A program made the position numbers and the translations under genes. From contig CANONE010000001.1 of the NCBI GenBank assembly GCA_947567585.1, positions 1-40,910 of the forward strand: a stretch of DNA of 40,910 bases. The letters run 5' to 3'. Source of the stretch: an uncultured Clostridia bacterium. Its GTDB lineage: Bacteria; Bacillota; Clostridia; Oscillospirales; Acutalibacteraceae. The notes below the pieces were generated by a model, which made no database searches, was not told where the DNA came from, and was given only the letters and a program-made list of their open reading frames with translations. Shown here in pieces: positions 26,618 through 35,728 of the stretch; the stretch's first letter is position 1, and the number at the start of each line of letters is the position of its first letter.

Positions 26618-27562
26618 TCACACAGGGTTCAGGCTCTCTCCGCGCAGCCACGCATACAGGTTTTCAAAAACGATCTCGGCCCGCTGCTCCAAAGATTCCA
26701 CGGATGCGAAAGCAATATGCGGCGTCACAATGGTGTTGGGCGTGTGCAGAAGAGGATGGTCCAAGGGCAAAGGCGGCTCTTGGTCAAACACATCCAAGGC
26801 CGCCCCGGCAATGGTTCCTTGGGACAGCGCCTGCGCCAGCGCGGCGGTATCCACCACGCCGCCCCGGGCCGTGTTGATAAGGAAAGCCGTGGGCTTCATC
26901 CGCGCCAGCTGGTCATACCCTATGAGCCCCTGGGTTTCCCCGGTCAGCGGGCAGTGCAGGGAGACAATGTCCGATTGGGCCAGCAGCTCTTCCAGTGAAA
27001 CCTGCCGGTCGATGGCCGGGTCGCTTACCGCGCTCCGGTTATAGGCCAGCACCTGGCAGCCAAAGGCTTTGCAAAGCGCCGCCGTCCTTTTGCCGATAGC
27101 CCCCGCTCCCACAATGCCCACGGTTTTTCCAGCTAAAAGACTGCCAATAAGCCCGTCCTTCGTCCCTCCCTCCCGGCAGCGCCGGCCGGTCTGGGGGGTG
27201 TTGCGCAGGAGCTGGATCATAAAGCCGATACATAGCTCCGCCACCGCCTGGGTGGCATAGCCGGAGGCATTGCTCACCGCGATGCCGCGTTCCCTTGCGG
27301 CTTGTAAGGGGATGTGGTCCACGCCGGTAAAAGCCACGTCAATGAATTTCAGGGCGGCGGACTGCTCCACCACCGATATGTCCAGAGGCATATTTGCCAG
27401 CATCACTACGTCCGCTTCACGGCTGCGCTCCAGCTGCACCGCCGGATCAAGGTTTTTTTCGTAAGCGGAGAAGCTATGCCCCATGGACGCCAGCTTCTTC
27501 GCGTGTTTGTCCATAACCGCCTGAGACGCCCCAAGGCTTTCCAGTAAAACAATGTTCATCAT
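26618..27562 (-). CDS. D-isomer-specific 2-hydroxyacid dehydrogenase
   Basis: VGIVGAGAIG, SLHCPLT, LINTARGGVVD, ALDVFDQEP, TPHIA. Confidence 0.93.
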   Translation of the reverse strand: MMNIVLLESLGASQAVMDKHAKKLASMGHSFSAYEKNLDPAVQLERSREADVVMLANMPLDISVVEQSAALKFIDVAFTGVDHIPLQAARERGIAVSNASGYATQAVAELCIGFMIQLLRNTPQTGRRCREGGTKDGLIGSLLAGKTVGIVGAGAIGKRTAALCKAFGCQVLAYNRSAVSDPAIDRQVSLEELLAQSDIVSLHCPLTGETQGLIGYDQLARMKPTAFLINTARGGVVDTAALAQALSQGTIAGAALDVFDQEPPLPLDHPLLHTPNTIVTPHIAFASVESLEQRAEIVFENLYAWLRGESLNPV

Positions 27563-27726
27563 GCACCTCCATATTGTATGCGGCCATTCTGCCGGCAATA
27601 CCGCATAGTTCCAAAACGCCGTATTGTACGGCACAGCTTAGCGCCGCGCCAACCCTCGCTAAATAGCTTCCTTACTTCATCATCCCTATTCGCTCTTCCC
27701 TTTTTTTGTGAAATCAGTTTCCGTAT

Positions 27727-28506
27727 TCAAGGGTTCCGGTTTCCGCCAAGAAACAATTCCTCCGCCCACCACTTGGTTAAAGAGAGCAGTTCCCGGCCAT
27801 AGTATTGCGGCAGCAAAATGGGGTCTGTGGGCGCGGGGAGGCCATATGCCTCAAAGCCCGCGCTTTCCGCCAGCTTCACCGCCCGGAATAGATGGAAATT
27901 CTGCGTGACGACGGCCACACGAGTATCCAACCCTTCCCGCCGGGCAATTTCCATGGCAAAACGCAGATTTTGCCGGGTGTTCCTAGACTTGTCCTCCATG
28001 TAGATCCGCGCTGGATCTACACCGCCGCTCACCAGGGCATTCTTCTCCGCCAAAGCCTCTGGGCAGGGCTCGTTGCCCCCCTGGCCGCCAGTGACAATGC
28101 AGTCGGCGTCCGGGTTGGCCTGGAGATATGCCAGAGCCCTGTCCACCCGGCCCCGCAGACTGGTTCCCAATTGTTCCGGACCGTACACCTGGGCTCCTAA
28201 TACCACTACGTTCAGTCCCTGCGGCGGGAGCGCGGCCTGATATGAGATCATCAGACCGGTCAAAAACGCCGCCCATGCCAGCCCAAGAGCGTAGACAATC
28301 ACGGCGGCCCGGGCCCATAGCCGAAACCGCCGTCCCCTGCCGGACAATCTTGGGTAAAGCAAAAGGAGGGCCAGACCCAGCCCGCAGATAAATATACCAA
28401 ACACGGAGCCCCCGGCAAACCCGCCATGCAGGACCGGCAGGCAGAACCAGATAATCCCCGCCCCGCACAGCGTTATAAAGATCCATTTCAACACCGTTTT
28501 TCCCAT
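27727..28506 (-). CDS. YdcF (DUF218) family membrane protein
   Basis: Three N-terminal TM segments; VVLGAQV, IVTGGQG, EDKSRNTRQN, VTQNFHLFRA, RE motif. Confidence 0.88.
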   Translation of the reverse strand: MGKTVLKWIFITLCGAGIIWFCLPVLHGGFAGGSVFGIFICGLGLALLLLYPRLSGRGRRFRLWARAAVIVYALGLAWAAFLTGLMISYQAALPPQGLNVVVLGAQVYGPEQLGTSLRGRVDRALAYLQANPDADCIVTGGQGGNEPCPEALAEKNALVSGGVDPARIYMEDKSRNTRQNLRFAMEIARREGLDTRVAVVTQNFHLFRAVKLAESAGFEAYGLPAPTDPILLPQYYGRELLSLTKWWAEELFLGGNRNP

Positions 28507-28690
28507 TGCTTTGTCTTCTCCCCGCATCCACGCATTTTGTCCTTTAGAATTCGTACCGGTGGGATTCCCGCCCAGCTTTTTGAGAAGATTTTTGCCGCTC
28601 GCCAGGCGTGAAACCCCGGGCGTCCTCCCGATTGTCAAGTAATAGCAGCGCAGTAAGAGGCTCTATCCTCCCAAGGGACGGGTGCAACGC

Positions 28691-29320
28691 CTATGGATAC
28701 TGGTTCCTAGCTTTCAGCTTTTTACATAACGGGAACAGCACTCCGCCCAGGGCGTTGCCCAGGGACATGATGAAAATGTAAAGCACAGCTTTCGGGCTCC
28801 AGGCGCCGCCTAAAGTAAAATAGAACATATTGGCCACGCAGTGCTCCAAGCCCGCCGCCACAAACACCGCCACCCCCAGGAAAAGGCCCAGATATTTTCC
28901 CAGCTGGTGGGGGTTCTCCCGGTAGCTCTCTACAGCCAGGTAGATGAGAATATTGCAGAACACCGCCAGGATAAACACGCTTAAAGCGCCGTCCTCCAGC
29001 TTCACGGCGCTTACCTGCGCCGCCCGCTCCACCGCCGCTTGCAGCCGGGTCAGCCGCAGGGCCCCGCCGGCCAGGAGAGTCCCCAGCAAATTCCCCAGCC
29101 AGATCAGGCCGCAATCCAGAGTATACCCTATGGAATTCTCAAACACATAGCAGACCTTGCCCGTAAAGAGATTCAGGCCCAGCGTACAGACGGCAAAAAG
29201 CCCCACTGAAAACAGCGCGGCCCCTACCGCCTTGCTTTCGCAGGACAAATTCACCAGGCCCCCTATGGATATCGCCGCCCCAGCCAAGACGGCATACACA
29301 AAGGTGACTATCTTCTTCAA
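28691..29320 (-). CDS. Formate/nitrite transporter family protein
   Basis: LFTGK, CNILI, GLEHCVANMFY, LGNALGG; TTG start; TTGCTT-17bp-TATAAT promoter at 29341-29369. Confidence 0.9.
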   Translation of the reverse strand: MKKIVTFVYAVLAGAAISIGGLVNLSCESKAVGAALFSVGLFAVCTLGLNLFTGKVCYVFENSIGYTLDCGLIWLGNLLGTLLAGGALRLTRLQAAVERAAQVSAVKLEDGALSVFILAVFCNILIYLAVESYRENPHQLGKYLGLFLGVAVFVAAGLEHCVANMFYFTLGGAWSPKAVLYIFIMSLGNALGGVLFPLCKKLKARNQYP

Positions 29321-29450
29321 TGCAATCCCCCCTTTCCAGTATTATAATGAAAATGGGAGAAAAAAGCAAGCCCTTCGCTTTTAGGCAGGGCTGCTTGTAC
29401 AAGGTGCTTTTAATCTTTCCACAAAGGGTTCCTGCGGTTTTCCGGCATTT

Positions 29451-29819
29451 TTATCCTTTGCATTCGCAGGCGATTTTCCCCTCATATCCGGCAATTTTCT
29501 TGTCGAGCCTTGCCAGGGCCGTTTCAATCTGCCCGCGCTGGTCCAGCAGCGCCTCCTTCTGCCGGCGCAGAAGCTCCAGCCGGGCGGGGATGGTTCCGCT
29601 GCCCTGCTGGAACAGCTCCACATAATCTACAATGGCCTCTACCGTAAGCCCCGCGTCCCGCAGGCACTTGGCCAGCTCCACCCAGCTCAGGTCCTCCGGT
29701 TGATAGTCCCGATGCCCGGAAGCGGAGCGGGTTACCCGGGGGATCATGCCCACCCGCTCATAGTACCGAAGGGTGTCTTGGGTCATGTGATACCTCTCGC
29801 TAACTTCTTTGATGGTCAA
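29451..29819 (-). CDS. MerR family regulator (AdhR/NmlR-like)
   Basis: TIKEVSE...TLRYYERVGMIP...GHRDY...CLRDAGL; AGGAGG RBS and TTG start. Confidence 0.92.
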   Translation of the reverse strand: MTIKEVSERYHMTQDTLRYYERVGMIPRVTRSASGHRDYQPEDLSWVELAKCLRDAGLTVEAIVDYVELFQQGSGTIPARLELLRRQKEALLDQRGQIETALARLDKKIAGYEGKIACECKG

Positions 29820-29862
29820 GACAGGTTCCTCCTGTTGTATTCATTCTTTCGCGCCTATCCCC

Positions 29863-29893
29863 ATTATACAGGTTGGAGTAAGCTTAAGGTCAA
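29863..29893 (-). promoter_or_regulatory. MerR-type promoter with 19-bp spacer
   Basis: TTGACC-19bp-TATAAT with an imperfect dyad (TTAAG..CTCCAA) in the spacer. Confidence 0.7.
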
Positions 29894-30006
29894 CTGGAGG
29901 ATATTCCAAGATTGTCAAAAAAATCAGGAAAAATCTAGTGAATTTTGGGAGAACCAACCTTTTTCCCTTCCGGCACACCCACTGCCCGTCCGCCATACGG
30001 AAAGCC

Positions 30007-30519
30007 CTACACTTGAAACCTGGGCTCCGGCCGGTAGGCCAGGTTGGTAAGGGCCAGACCCTGCCTTTTCGCATAGTTAACCGTATAGGCTGTGCCGCTG
30101 TGCTGGGAGTCCCGATTGAAATAACAGATGCACTGGGCGCTGTTGTCCACCATATAACGGTCCCGTCGCAAATACGCCTCTGGCACACAGCGGTGGCCTG
30201 TGTAAACCGTGTCCCCCGCCGCGGCCAACAGCTGCCAGTAAACCTCCTTGTCCCGCTGCCGCCACCGGTCCTCCTGTCCTTGGCCGGGAAGTACCAGCAC
30301 CAGCTCAATATCCGGGAGCACTGTGTCCCGCAGGCGGACCACCTCCTGGGCCGCAATGGTGTCAAACCCAAGGGCGCCGCCAGCCAAAAACGTGGCCACC
30401 CCCTGATCCGCCCGCCGCCATATTTCCTCCCGGATTCTCCGGCGCAGCCAAAGCCCTTCCCGGGCGGGAAGCAGGCGGTGCCCGGTAAAGCAGCAGCATT
30501 TTTCACGAATGAGCCTCAT
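30007..30519 (-). CDS. YpsA/DUF1273 SLOG family protein
   Basis: CCFTGHR, FLAGGALGFD, RRDRYMVDNS, SGTAYTVNYA; promoter TTGACT-17bp-TATCCT at 30562-30590. Confidence 0.88.
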   Translation of the reverse strand: MRLIREKCCCFTGHRLLPAREGLWLRRRIREEIWRRADQGVATFLAGGALGFDTIAAQEVVRLRDTVLPDIELVLVLPGQGQEDRWRQRDKEVYWQLLAAAGDTVYTGHRCVPEAYLRRDRYMVDNSAQCICYFNRDSQHSGTAYTVNYAKRQGLALTNLAYRPEPRFQV

Positions 30520-30623
30520 GATCCTCTCTCCCCGCTGGCCTTGGTGAAATGTCTTGACATAAGGATAGCACACAGGGAGCGGAAAGTCAAGAAAAATCGA
30601 ACAAATAATCGATAGAAAGTCCG

Positions 30624-31142
30624 TCATCCAAATATCCGCACCGTAACCACGGACAGCGCCACAGCCGCCATATCTCCCAGCAATGCCGCCGGCACGGCGT
30701 ACCGCAGCTTTTTGCACTGCACCGCTCCAAAATACACCGTGATGGCGTAAAAGGTCGTCTCTGTGGAAGAGGCCAGCACGGAGGCAATCTTCCCGGTGGG
30801 GCTGTCGGGGCCAAAGCACTCCAGAATAGACAGGGTATAGGCCGAGGCCCCGCTGCCGGAAATGGGGCGCAGCAGCGCCAGAGGGGCCAGCTCCGGCGCT
30901 ATTCCCGCCCAACGGGCCAGAGGCTCCAAAAGCCCGCAGACCAAATCCAGCAGCCCGGAGGCCCGCACTAGGTTGACCGCTACAATCAGCCCGATCAGAG
31001 TGGGCAGAATACCGACGGATGTGGAAATTCCTTCCTTTGCGCCCCGAAGAAACGCGTCGAATACATCCGTCCCCTTAAAAAAGCCGTATAAAAGGATCAT
31101 CCCTATCATAAGCGGCATTGCTGCGGCGCCGGCTTGCTCCAT
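30624..31142 (-). CDS. spmB: Spore maturation protein B
   Basis: FLRGAKEG, LALLRPISGSG, GPDS, STETTFYAITVYFG. Confidence 0.93.
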   Translation of the reverse strand: MEQAGAAAMPLMIGMILLYGFFKGTDVFDAFLRGAKEGISTSVGILPTLIGLIVAVNLVRASGLLDLVCGLLEPLARWAGIAPELAPLALLRPISGSGASAYTLSILECFGPDSPTGKIASVLASSTETTFYAITVYFGAVQCKKLRYAVPAALLGDMAAVALSVVTVRIFG

Positions 31143-31143
31143 A

Positions 31144-31734
31144 CTAACCCCCCCATCCCGTACATGGACGGCGCTCAGCCAGCTTGCAGCAGGCCACGGC
31201 TGTCAGCAGCGCGCCGAAAGAGGTGATCCAGATCTCCGGCAGTACGCCAAAGGGCTGGGCGCTGCCTAAAGAAGCCCGCATGGCCGCCATATTAACCGGC
31301 AGCAGCTGCAAAGAGGCGGTGTTCATAACGACAAATAACACCATGCCCCGGCTGGGCGGCTCTCCCCGGGCCTGTTCCGCCATGGCCTTCATGGCGGAAA
31401 GCCCCAGGGGCGTGGCCGCGTTGCCCAGCCCCAAAAGGTTAGCGGAAATGTTCATGCAGATTTTCCCTTTCACCGCCTCGTCCTCCCGGTAATCGGGAAA
31501 CAGCCGGTCTATGACCGGGGAAAGGGCCCGGGCCAGCAGCCGGGTGAGCCCGCTTTCCTCGGCAATACGCAAGAACCCCAGCCAGGCGCACATGCTTCCC
31601 AGCAGAAACACCGTCAGTTCCACCGCCTGCCCCGCGCCGTCCATGACCGCTCCGGAAAGCTCTCCCAGCTTCCCGTTTACCGCCGCGCACACCAGGCTGA
31701 GCCCTATCATCCCAAACCAGATATAGTTAATCAT
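31144..31734 (-). CDS. spmA: Spore maturation protein A
   Basis: MINYIW start, ANLLGLGNAATPLGL, NTASLQL. Confidence 0.93.
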   Translation of the reverse strand: MINYIWFGMIGLSLVCAAVNGKLGELSGAVMDGAGQAVELTVFLLGSMCAWLGFLRIAEESGLTRLLARALSPVIDRLFPDYREDEAVKGKICMNISANLLGLGNAATPLGLSAMKAMAEQARGEPPSRGMVLFVVMNTASLQLLPVNMAAMRASLGSAQPFGVLPEIWITSFGALLTAVACCKLAERRPCTGWGG

Positions 31735-31791
31735 TGCCGTCCCCCTCTCCAAAGCGCAAAACGCCGTCCCGCGCCTTACCCAACCCCGCAT

Positions 31792-31821
31792 ATTTAGATG
31801 CAATCTCAGGTTGCTATTGAC
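31792..31821 (-). promoter_or_regulatory. Possible sigma-E-type promoter of spmAB
   Basis: GTCAATA-14bp-CATCTAAAT resembles the sigma-E consensus; spmAB is sigma-E controlled in Bacillus. Confidence 0.4.
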
Positions 31822-31882
31822 TTTGGGGTCAAAAAAGTATATGGTATAGGATGTAGTTTTATTAATAGAAAGGACAGAGGTT

Positions 31883-33262
31883 ATGTTTGGAGAAAGAATT
31901 TTGGATTATTGGGACGACATTGTCAGCGACCTGGGAAAATTGGTGGCAATCCCCTCGGTAGCGGTGCGTTCTAAAACCGGCAAGCCCTTTGGCGACCAGT
32001 GCGCCAAGGCCATTGACACGGTGGTTGAGATGGCGGAAGGCTATGGCCTCAAGGCAAAAAACGTGGATTACTATGCCGCCCACGCCGAGTATGGAGAGGG
32101 CGAGGGCAACGCCATCGTTATGGCCCACCTGGATGTGGTGCCCGCCGGCGAGGGCTGGGACACAGACCCCTTTACTCTGGTAATCCGGGACGGCAAGGCC
32201 ATTGGCCGGGGCGTTTCAGACGACAAAGGCGCTGCCGTGGTGGCCCTGCACTGCCTGCGGGCGCTAAAGGACGCCGGGGTCCAAGGCAGGCGGAAGCTGC
32301 GGGTGGTTTTTGGGTCTGCGGAGGAAATCGGCATGGAGGATATGCCCTACTATTTCTCTAAGGAGCAGCGCCCGGATATGGGCTTTACACCGGATTCCGG
32401 CTATGGCATCTGTCACTGCGAAAAGGGCATCATCAACCTCTCTGTTAAAGGCGAAAACGATTCCCCGCTGATTAAGAGCTTTTCCTCCGGAACAGTGCCC
32501 AATGCCGTGCCCTCCAAGGCGGAGTGCGGCATTGTCTGTACCCAGGAGGAGTTTGAACAGCTGGAAAAGGCGGCCAAAGCCGCAGGAATTCCCTTTGAGG
32601 TCACCCGCACCCAGGACGGCGCGTCCCTTTTAGCCAAGGGCCAGGCCAGCCACGCCGCCGCCCCGGAGCACGGCAAAAACGCCGCCGCCTATACAGTCCA
32701 GCTGCTGGCGGAGGTCTTTGGCGCGGACCGGCTAGGGGGCTTCTTCGGTTTTGTCCATGAGAAGATTGGCCTTTGCACCAATGGCGAAAAGCTGGGCGTC
32801 CATATCAGCGACGAGCCCAGCGGCCCCCTTACCTTTAACCTGGGGCTGCTTTCCGCCAATCAGCAGGGCTGCTCTTTGACCGTGGACATTCGCTATCCCG
32901 CCACCAAAGACGGGGCCTGGGTCTCGGAAACCATTGAAAAGGCCGCTCAGGAAGCCGGGCTGGGCTACACCCTGCTTTCCGATGCCAAGCCCCTGTACCT
33001 GCCTAAGGAAAGCCCGTTGGTTACTCTGCTTTCCGGCGCGTATAAAGATATCGCCGGAGAGGACTGCTCTATTTATTCCATGGGCGGCGGTACCTACGCC
33101 CGGCAGATGTTCGGCAAGGGCGTGGGATTTGGTCCCGGCTTCCCGGACGACGAGCCCAGCCACGCCCACGACGTCAATGAACAGATCGACCTGCGGCGCT
33201 TTAAGCTCCATGCCCAGATCTGTCTGGAGGCCATGTACCGGATGCTCACAGCGGAAGAATAA
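31883..33262 (+). CDS. pepV: M20A (Sapep/PepV) Mn/Zn dipeptidase
   Basis: AHLDVVPAG, GRGVSDDKG, AEEIG, GFTPD, GGGTYAR, HAHDVNE. Confidence 0.9.
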   Translation: MFGERILDYWDDIVSDLGKLVAIPSVAVRSKTGKPFGDQCAKAIDTVVEMAEGYGLKAKNVDYYAAHAEYGEGEGNAIVMAHLDVVPAGEGWDTDPFTLVIRDGKAIGRGVSDDKGAAVVALHCLRALKDAGVQGRRKLRVVFGSAEEIGMEDMPYYFSKEQRPDMGFTPDSGYGICHCEKGIINLSVKGENDSPLIKSFSSGTVPNAVPSKAECGIVCTQEEFEQLEKAAKAAGIPFEVTRTQDGASLLAKGQASHAAAPEHGKNAAAYTVQLLAEVFGADRLGGFFGFVHEKIGLCTNGEKLGVHISDEPSGPLTFNLGLLSANQQGCSLTVDIRYPATKDGAWVSETIEKAAQEAGLGYTLLSDAKPLYLPKESPLVTLLSGAYKDIAGEDCSIYSMGGGTYARQMFGKGVGFGPGFPDDEPSHAHDVNEQIDLRRFKLHAQICLEAMYRMLTAEE

Positions 33263-33306
33263 ACTCCATTTTGTCATACAGAGCCCATGGTCAAAAATGA
33301 ATAAAC

Positions 33307-33360
33307 ATAAAGAACGCCTATTGCGGTCAGAGGACTTGTACCAATAGGCGTTCTTTATTT
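33307..33360. terminator. Bidirectional terminator
   Basis: Perfect 17-bp stem ATAAAGAACGCCTATTG / CAATAGGCGTTCTTTAT between convergent genes. Confidence 0.8.
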
Positions 33361-33416
33361 GTATCTTCGTATTTTACTGGCATCGTTAACACGGTTCAAA
33401 GGAGGGATACCGATTT

Positions 33417-34814
33417 TCAAGTGCGTTTACTGTAAAACCCTATTCGGGATAGGCACGGGGCCCCTCTGGATTGGCGGACCGCCAGCAAAGCGCCGCAGGC
33501 CGGCGGGAAGCTGTCCAGGGGGATCCATTTCCGCACGCCGACGACTGTGCCGGAATAGGCGTGTATATAAGCGCCGCCGCCCACATGCAGGTATAAGTCG
33601 AAGGCTTCCACCCGCTGGCTCTGGGTGACGTCCTCCTCTAAGAGACAGCTTCTCAGCTGGATTTTCCGGCCAAACTCCCACTCCAGACACCCTCGGCCCA
33701 GCTGCCCGGGGCATTCCTCCAAAAGCGGGCGCGCGGTAAGCTCCCGGATCATTTTACCCAGCTCCTCCAGGGCCGCTGTATCCGCCGGGCCGATCTTCCC
33801 CTGCGGGTCCGGGGGGACGTTCAGCAGCAGGGAACAGTTGCTGCCCACAGAGCTTAGATATATATTAAAAAGCTCTTCCGGGGTTTTTACGCTGCCGTCC
33901 TCTTCAGGATGATAAAACCAGCCTGGCCGGATAGACACGTCCACCTCCGCCGGATACCAGCAGAGCTGGGCGCTTTTTGCCAGTACCTGCCGGGAGCCCA
34001 AATCCTCTTGGCCGGACCTGATTTGCTTCATGGCCTCTCCCTGTGTTTCGCTGTGCTGAGAGCGGTCCTGTATGGTCTCGGCCCGGGTAAGGGACAAAGG
34101 GACCACAGAAAATTCCGATTCCCTGGTTTTCCCCGCCTCATTGCCCACCCAGCGGACGTCCGGCCCGCACACGGCAATATTGGCTCCGGGCTGCAGCCGG
34201 CGCACCAGTTGGTAATACCGGTCCCAGTCGTATGTAAAGTCCGGGGCGGTCTCCCCTTTCGCCCCGTCAAACCAGACTTCGAAAATGTCCCCATAACCCG
34301 TAAGCAGTTCCTCCAGCTGCCCGCAGAAATAGTCGTTGTAGCCAGGCTTGCCATAGGAGGGCTCATGCATGTCCCAAGGAGAAAGATACACTCCAAAGTT
34401 CAAACCGGATTTGGCGCAGGCATGGGCCGTCAGCCTTACCACATCCTGCCTTAAAGGGGAATGCATCACCGAAAAGTCCGTAAGCTTTGTGTCCCATAGG
34501 CAGAAGCCGTCGTGGTGCTTGCAGGTGAGGATCATTCCGGCGGCCCCCGCCGCTTTCGCCGCCCGCGCCCATTGGTCCGGGTGAACGGACGGGACCGTAA
34601 AGTCCGCCGGGGTTTCATCCCCCTTCCCCCATTCCCGGCCGGTGGCGGTGTTCATGCCAAAATGAAGGAAGAGGTAAAAGGGATTGGCCGCATGGCGCAG
34701 CTGCCTTTGGGCGGGGACCACAGCCAGATAGCGGCGGACCTCGTCATCCATAAGCGGGAAGCCATTGTTGCCGGCAGTCCAATTCTCTTGGGGGCGAATC
34801 TGCGAAAGCGTCAT
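33417..34814 (-). CDS. Alpha-L-fucosidase (GH29)
   Basis: FLHFGMNT, LTCKHHDGFCLW, YLSPWD, EVWFDGA nucleophile, VRWVGNE, EVDVSIRPGWFYH. Confidence 0.93.
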   Translation of the reverse strand: MTLSQIRPQENWTAGNNGFPLMDDEVRRYLAVVPAQRQLRHAANPFYLFLHFGMNTATGREWGKGDETPADFTVPSVHPDQWARAAKAAGAAGMILTCKHHDGFCLWDTKLTDFSVMHSPLRQDVVRLTAHACAKSGLNFGVYLSPWDMHEPSYGKPGYNDYFCGQLEELLTGYGDIFEVWFDGAKGETAPDFTYDWDRYYQLVRRLQPGANIAVCGPDVRWVGNEAGKTRESEFSVVPLSLTRAETIQDRSQHSETQGEAMKQIRSGQEDLGSRQVLAKSAQLCWYPAEVDVSIRPGWFYHPEEDGSVKTPEELFNIYLSSVGSNCSLLLNVPPDPQGKIGPADTAALEELGKMIRELTARPLLEECPGQLGRGCLEWEFGRKIQLRSCLLEEDVTQSQRVEAFDLYLHVGGGAYIHAYSGTVVGVRKWIPLDSFPPACGALLAVRQSRGAPCLSRIGFYSKRT

Positions 34815-34855
34815 ATTGTACCTCCTGTCAGCCCATCCGGCGCGGCGTGCATCCC

Positions 34856-35728
34856 TTACCCAAAAGGACGGTCTCCTGTGAGCGCCTTAAGGTCAGCCGT
34901 ATCAAACTCCCTGGCAAACCGCGCCGCCTTTTCCAGAGCTTCTTCATATAACTCAAAAAAGTCCTGCCTGCTGGCGAAATTCTTCCATATCCATTCTTCC
35001 CGCCGGGTATTGGCATAGTCCATGTCCGGGTCCTCGGTAAGCGGCACCAAGTGGGAGGTCACATAGTGGGGCCTGCCCTTTTCCAGAGATTGGAAAAAGG
35101 CCCGTTTTAAACCCGTGCGGTCTGTGGTGGCGGAAAAGATAAACCGGGCGTCTTTCGTGGAGCGGTACAGCTCTTCCTCCGAGACATCCGTACCATAAAC
35201 GCCAAATAGCACATCCCGATATAGGCAGGCGATTTTCCGCTGAACCCCCTCGTTTTTGGGGAACATATCCGAAAGCTTCACCTGGCTGGGCAATTGCCCG
35301 GTTTTCCAGCGCAGAACAATGGCGTCCAGCGAAGCCTCTATTTCCCCGTGGGCCGTGGACTCGTTTTCCTCCGGCCTGCCGGCGCACATATCCTGAGCCC
35401 GGGCGTTTATATAGGGATGAGCGGTGGAATCCAAGGCGTAATGGCATAAAAAGCCCAGCACATAGGACCGGTACGATATATCCCCCCGGTTGGAAAGAAA
35501 GCCCCGCATAGCGGAAAGCGTAATAGACGGGGCCGTCTTATGCAGCGCGGAACCATACTCCTTGAGAGACTTCACATCCTTCTTGGCCGCCGACTGCAAA
35601 TACCGGTGGCAGAAAAGGAAGTCCGGGCCCTGCGCGCCCCATAAATAAGCGGTGCGGTCCACTTCCGGCAGCGCCAGGCGCTCCAGAACATCCTTTGCAA
35701 AACAGTTGTGGGTTAAACAAGCGGGCAT
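34856..35728 (-). CDS. Zinc-dependent phospholipase C family protein
   Basis: MPACLTH, WGAQGPDFLF, GFLCHYALDSTAHPYI, HGEIE; AAGGAGG RBS before ATG 35728. Confidence 0.85.
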   Translation of the reverse strand: MPACLTHNCFAKDVLERLALPEVDRTAYLWGAQGPDFLFCHRYLQSAAKKDVKSLKEYGSALHKTAPSITLSAMRGFLSNRGDISYRSYVLGFLCHYALDSTAHPYINARAQDMCAGRPEENESTAHGEIEASLDAIVLRWKTGQLPSQVKLSDMFPKNEGVQRKIACLYRDVLFGVYGTDVSEEELYRSTKDARFIFSATTDRTGLKRAFFQSLEKGRPHYVTSHLVPLTEDPDMDYANTRREEWIWKNFASRQDFFELYEEALEKAARFAREFDTADLKALTGDRPFG

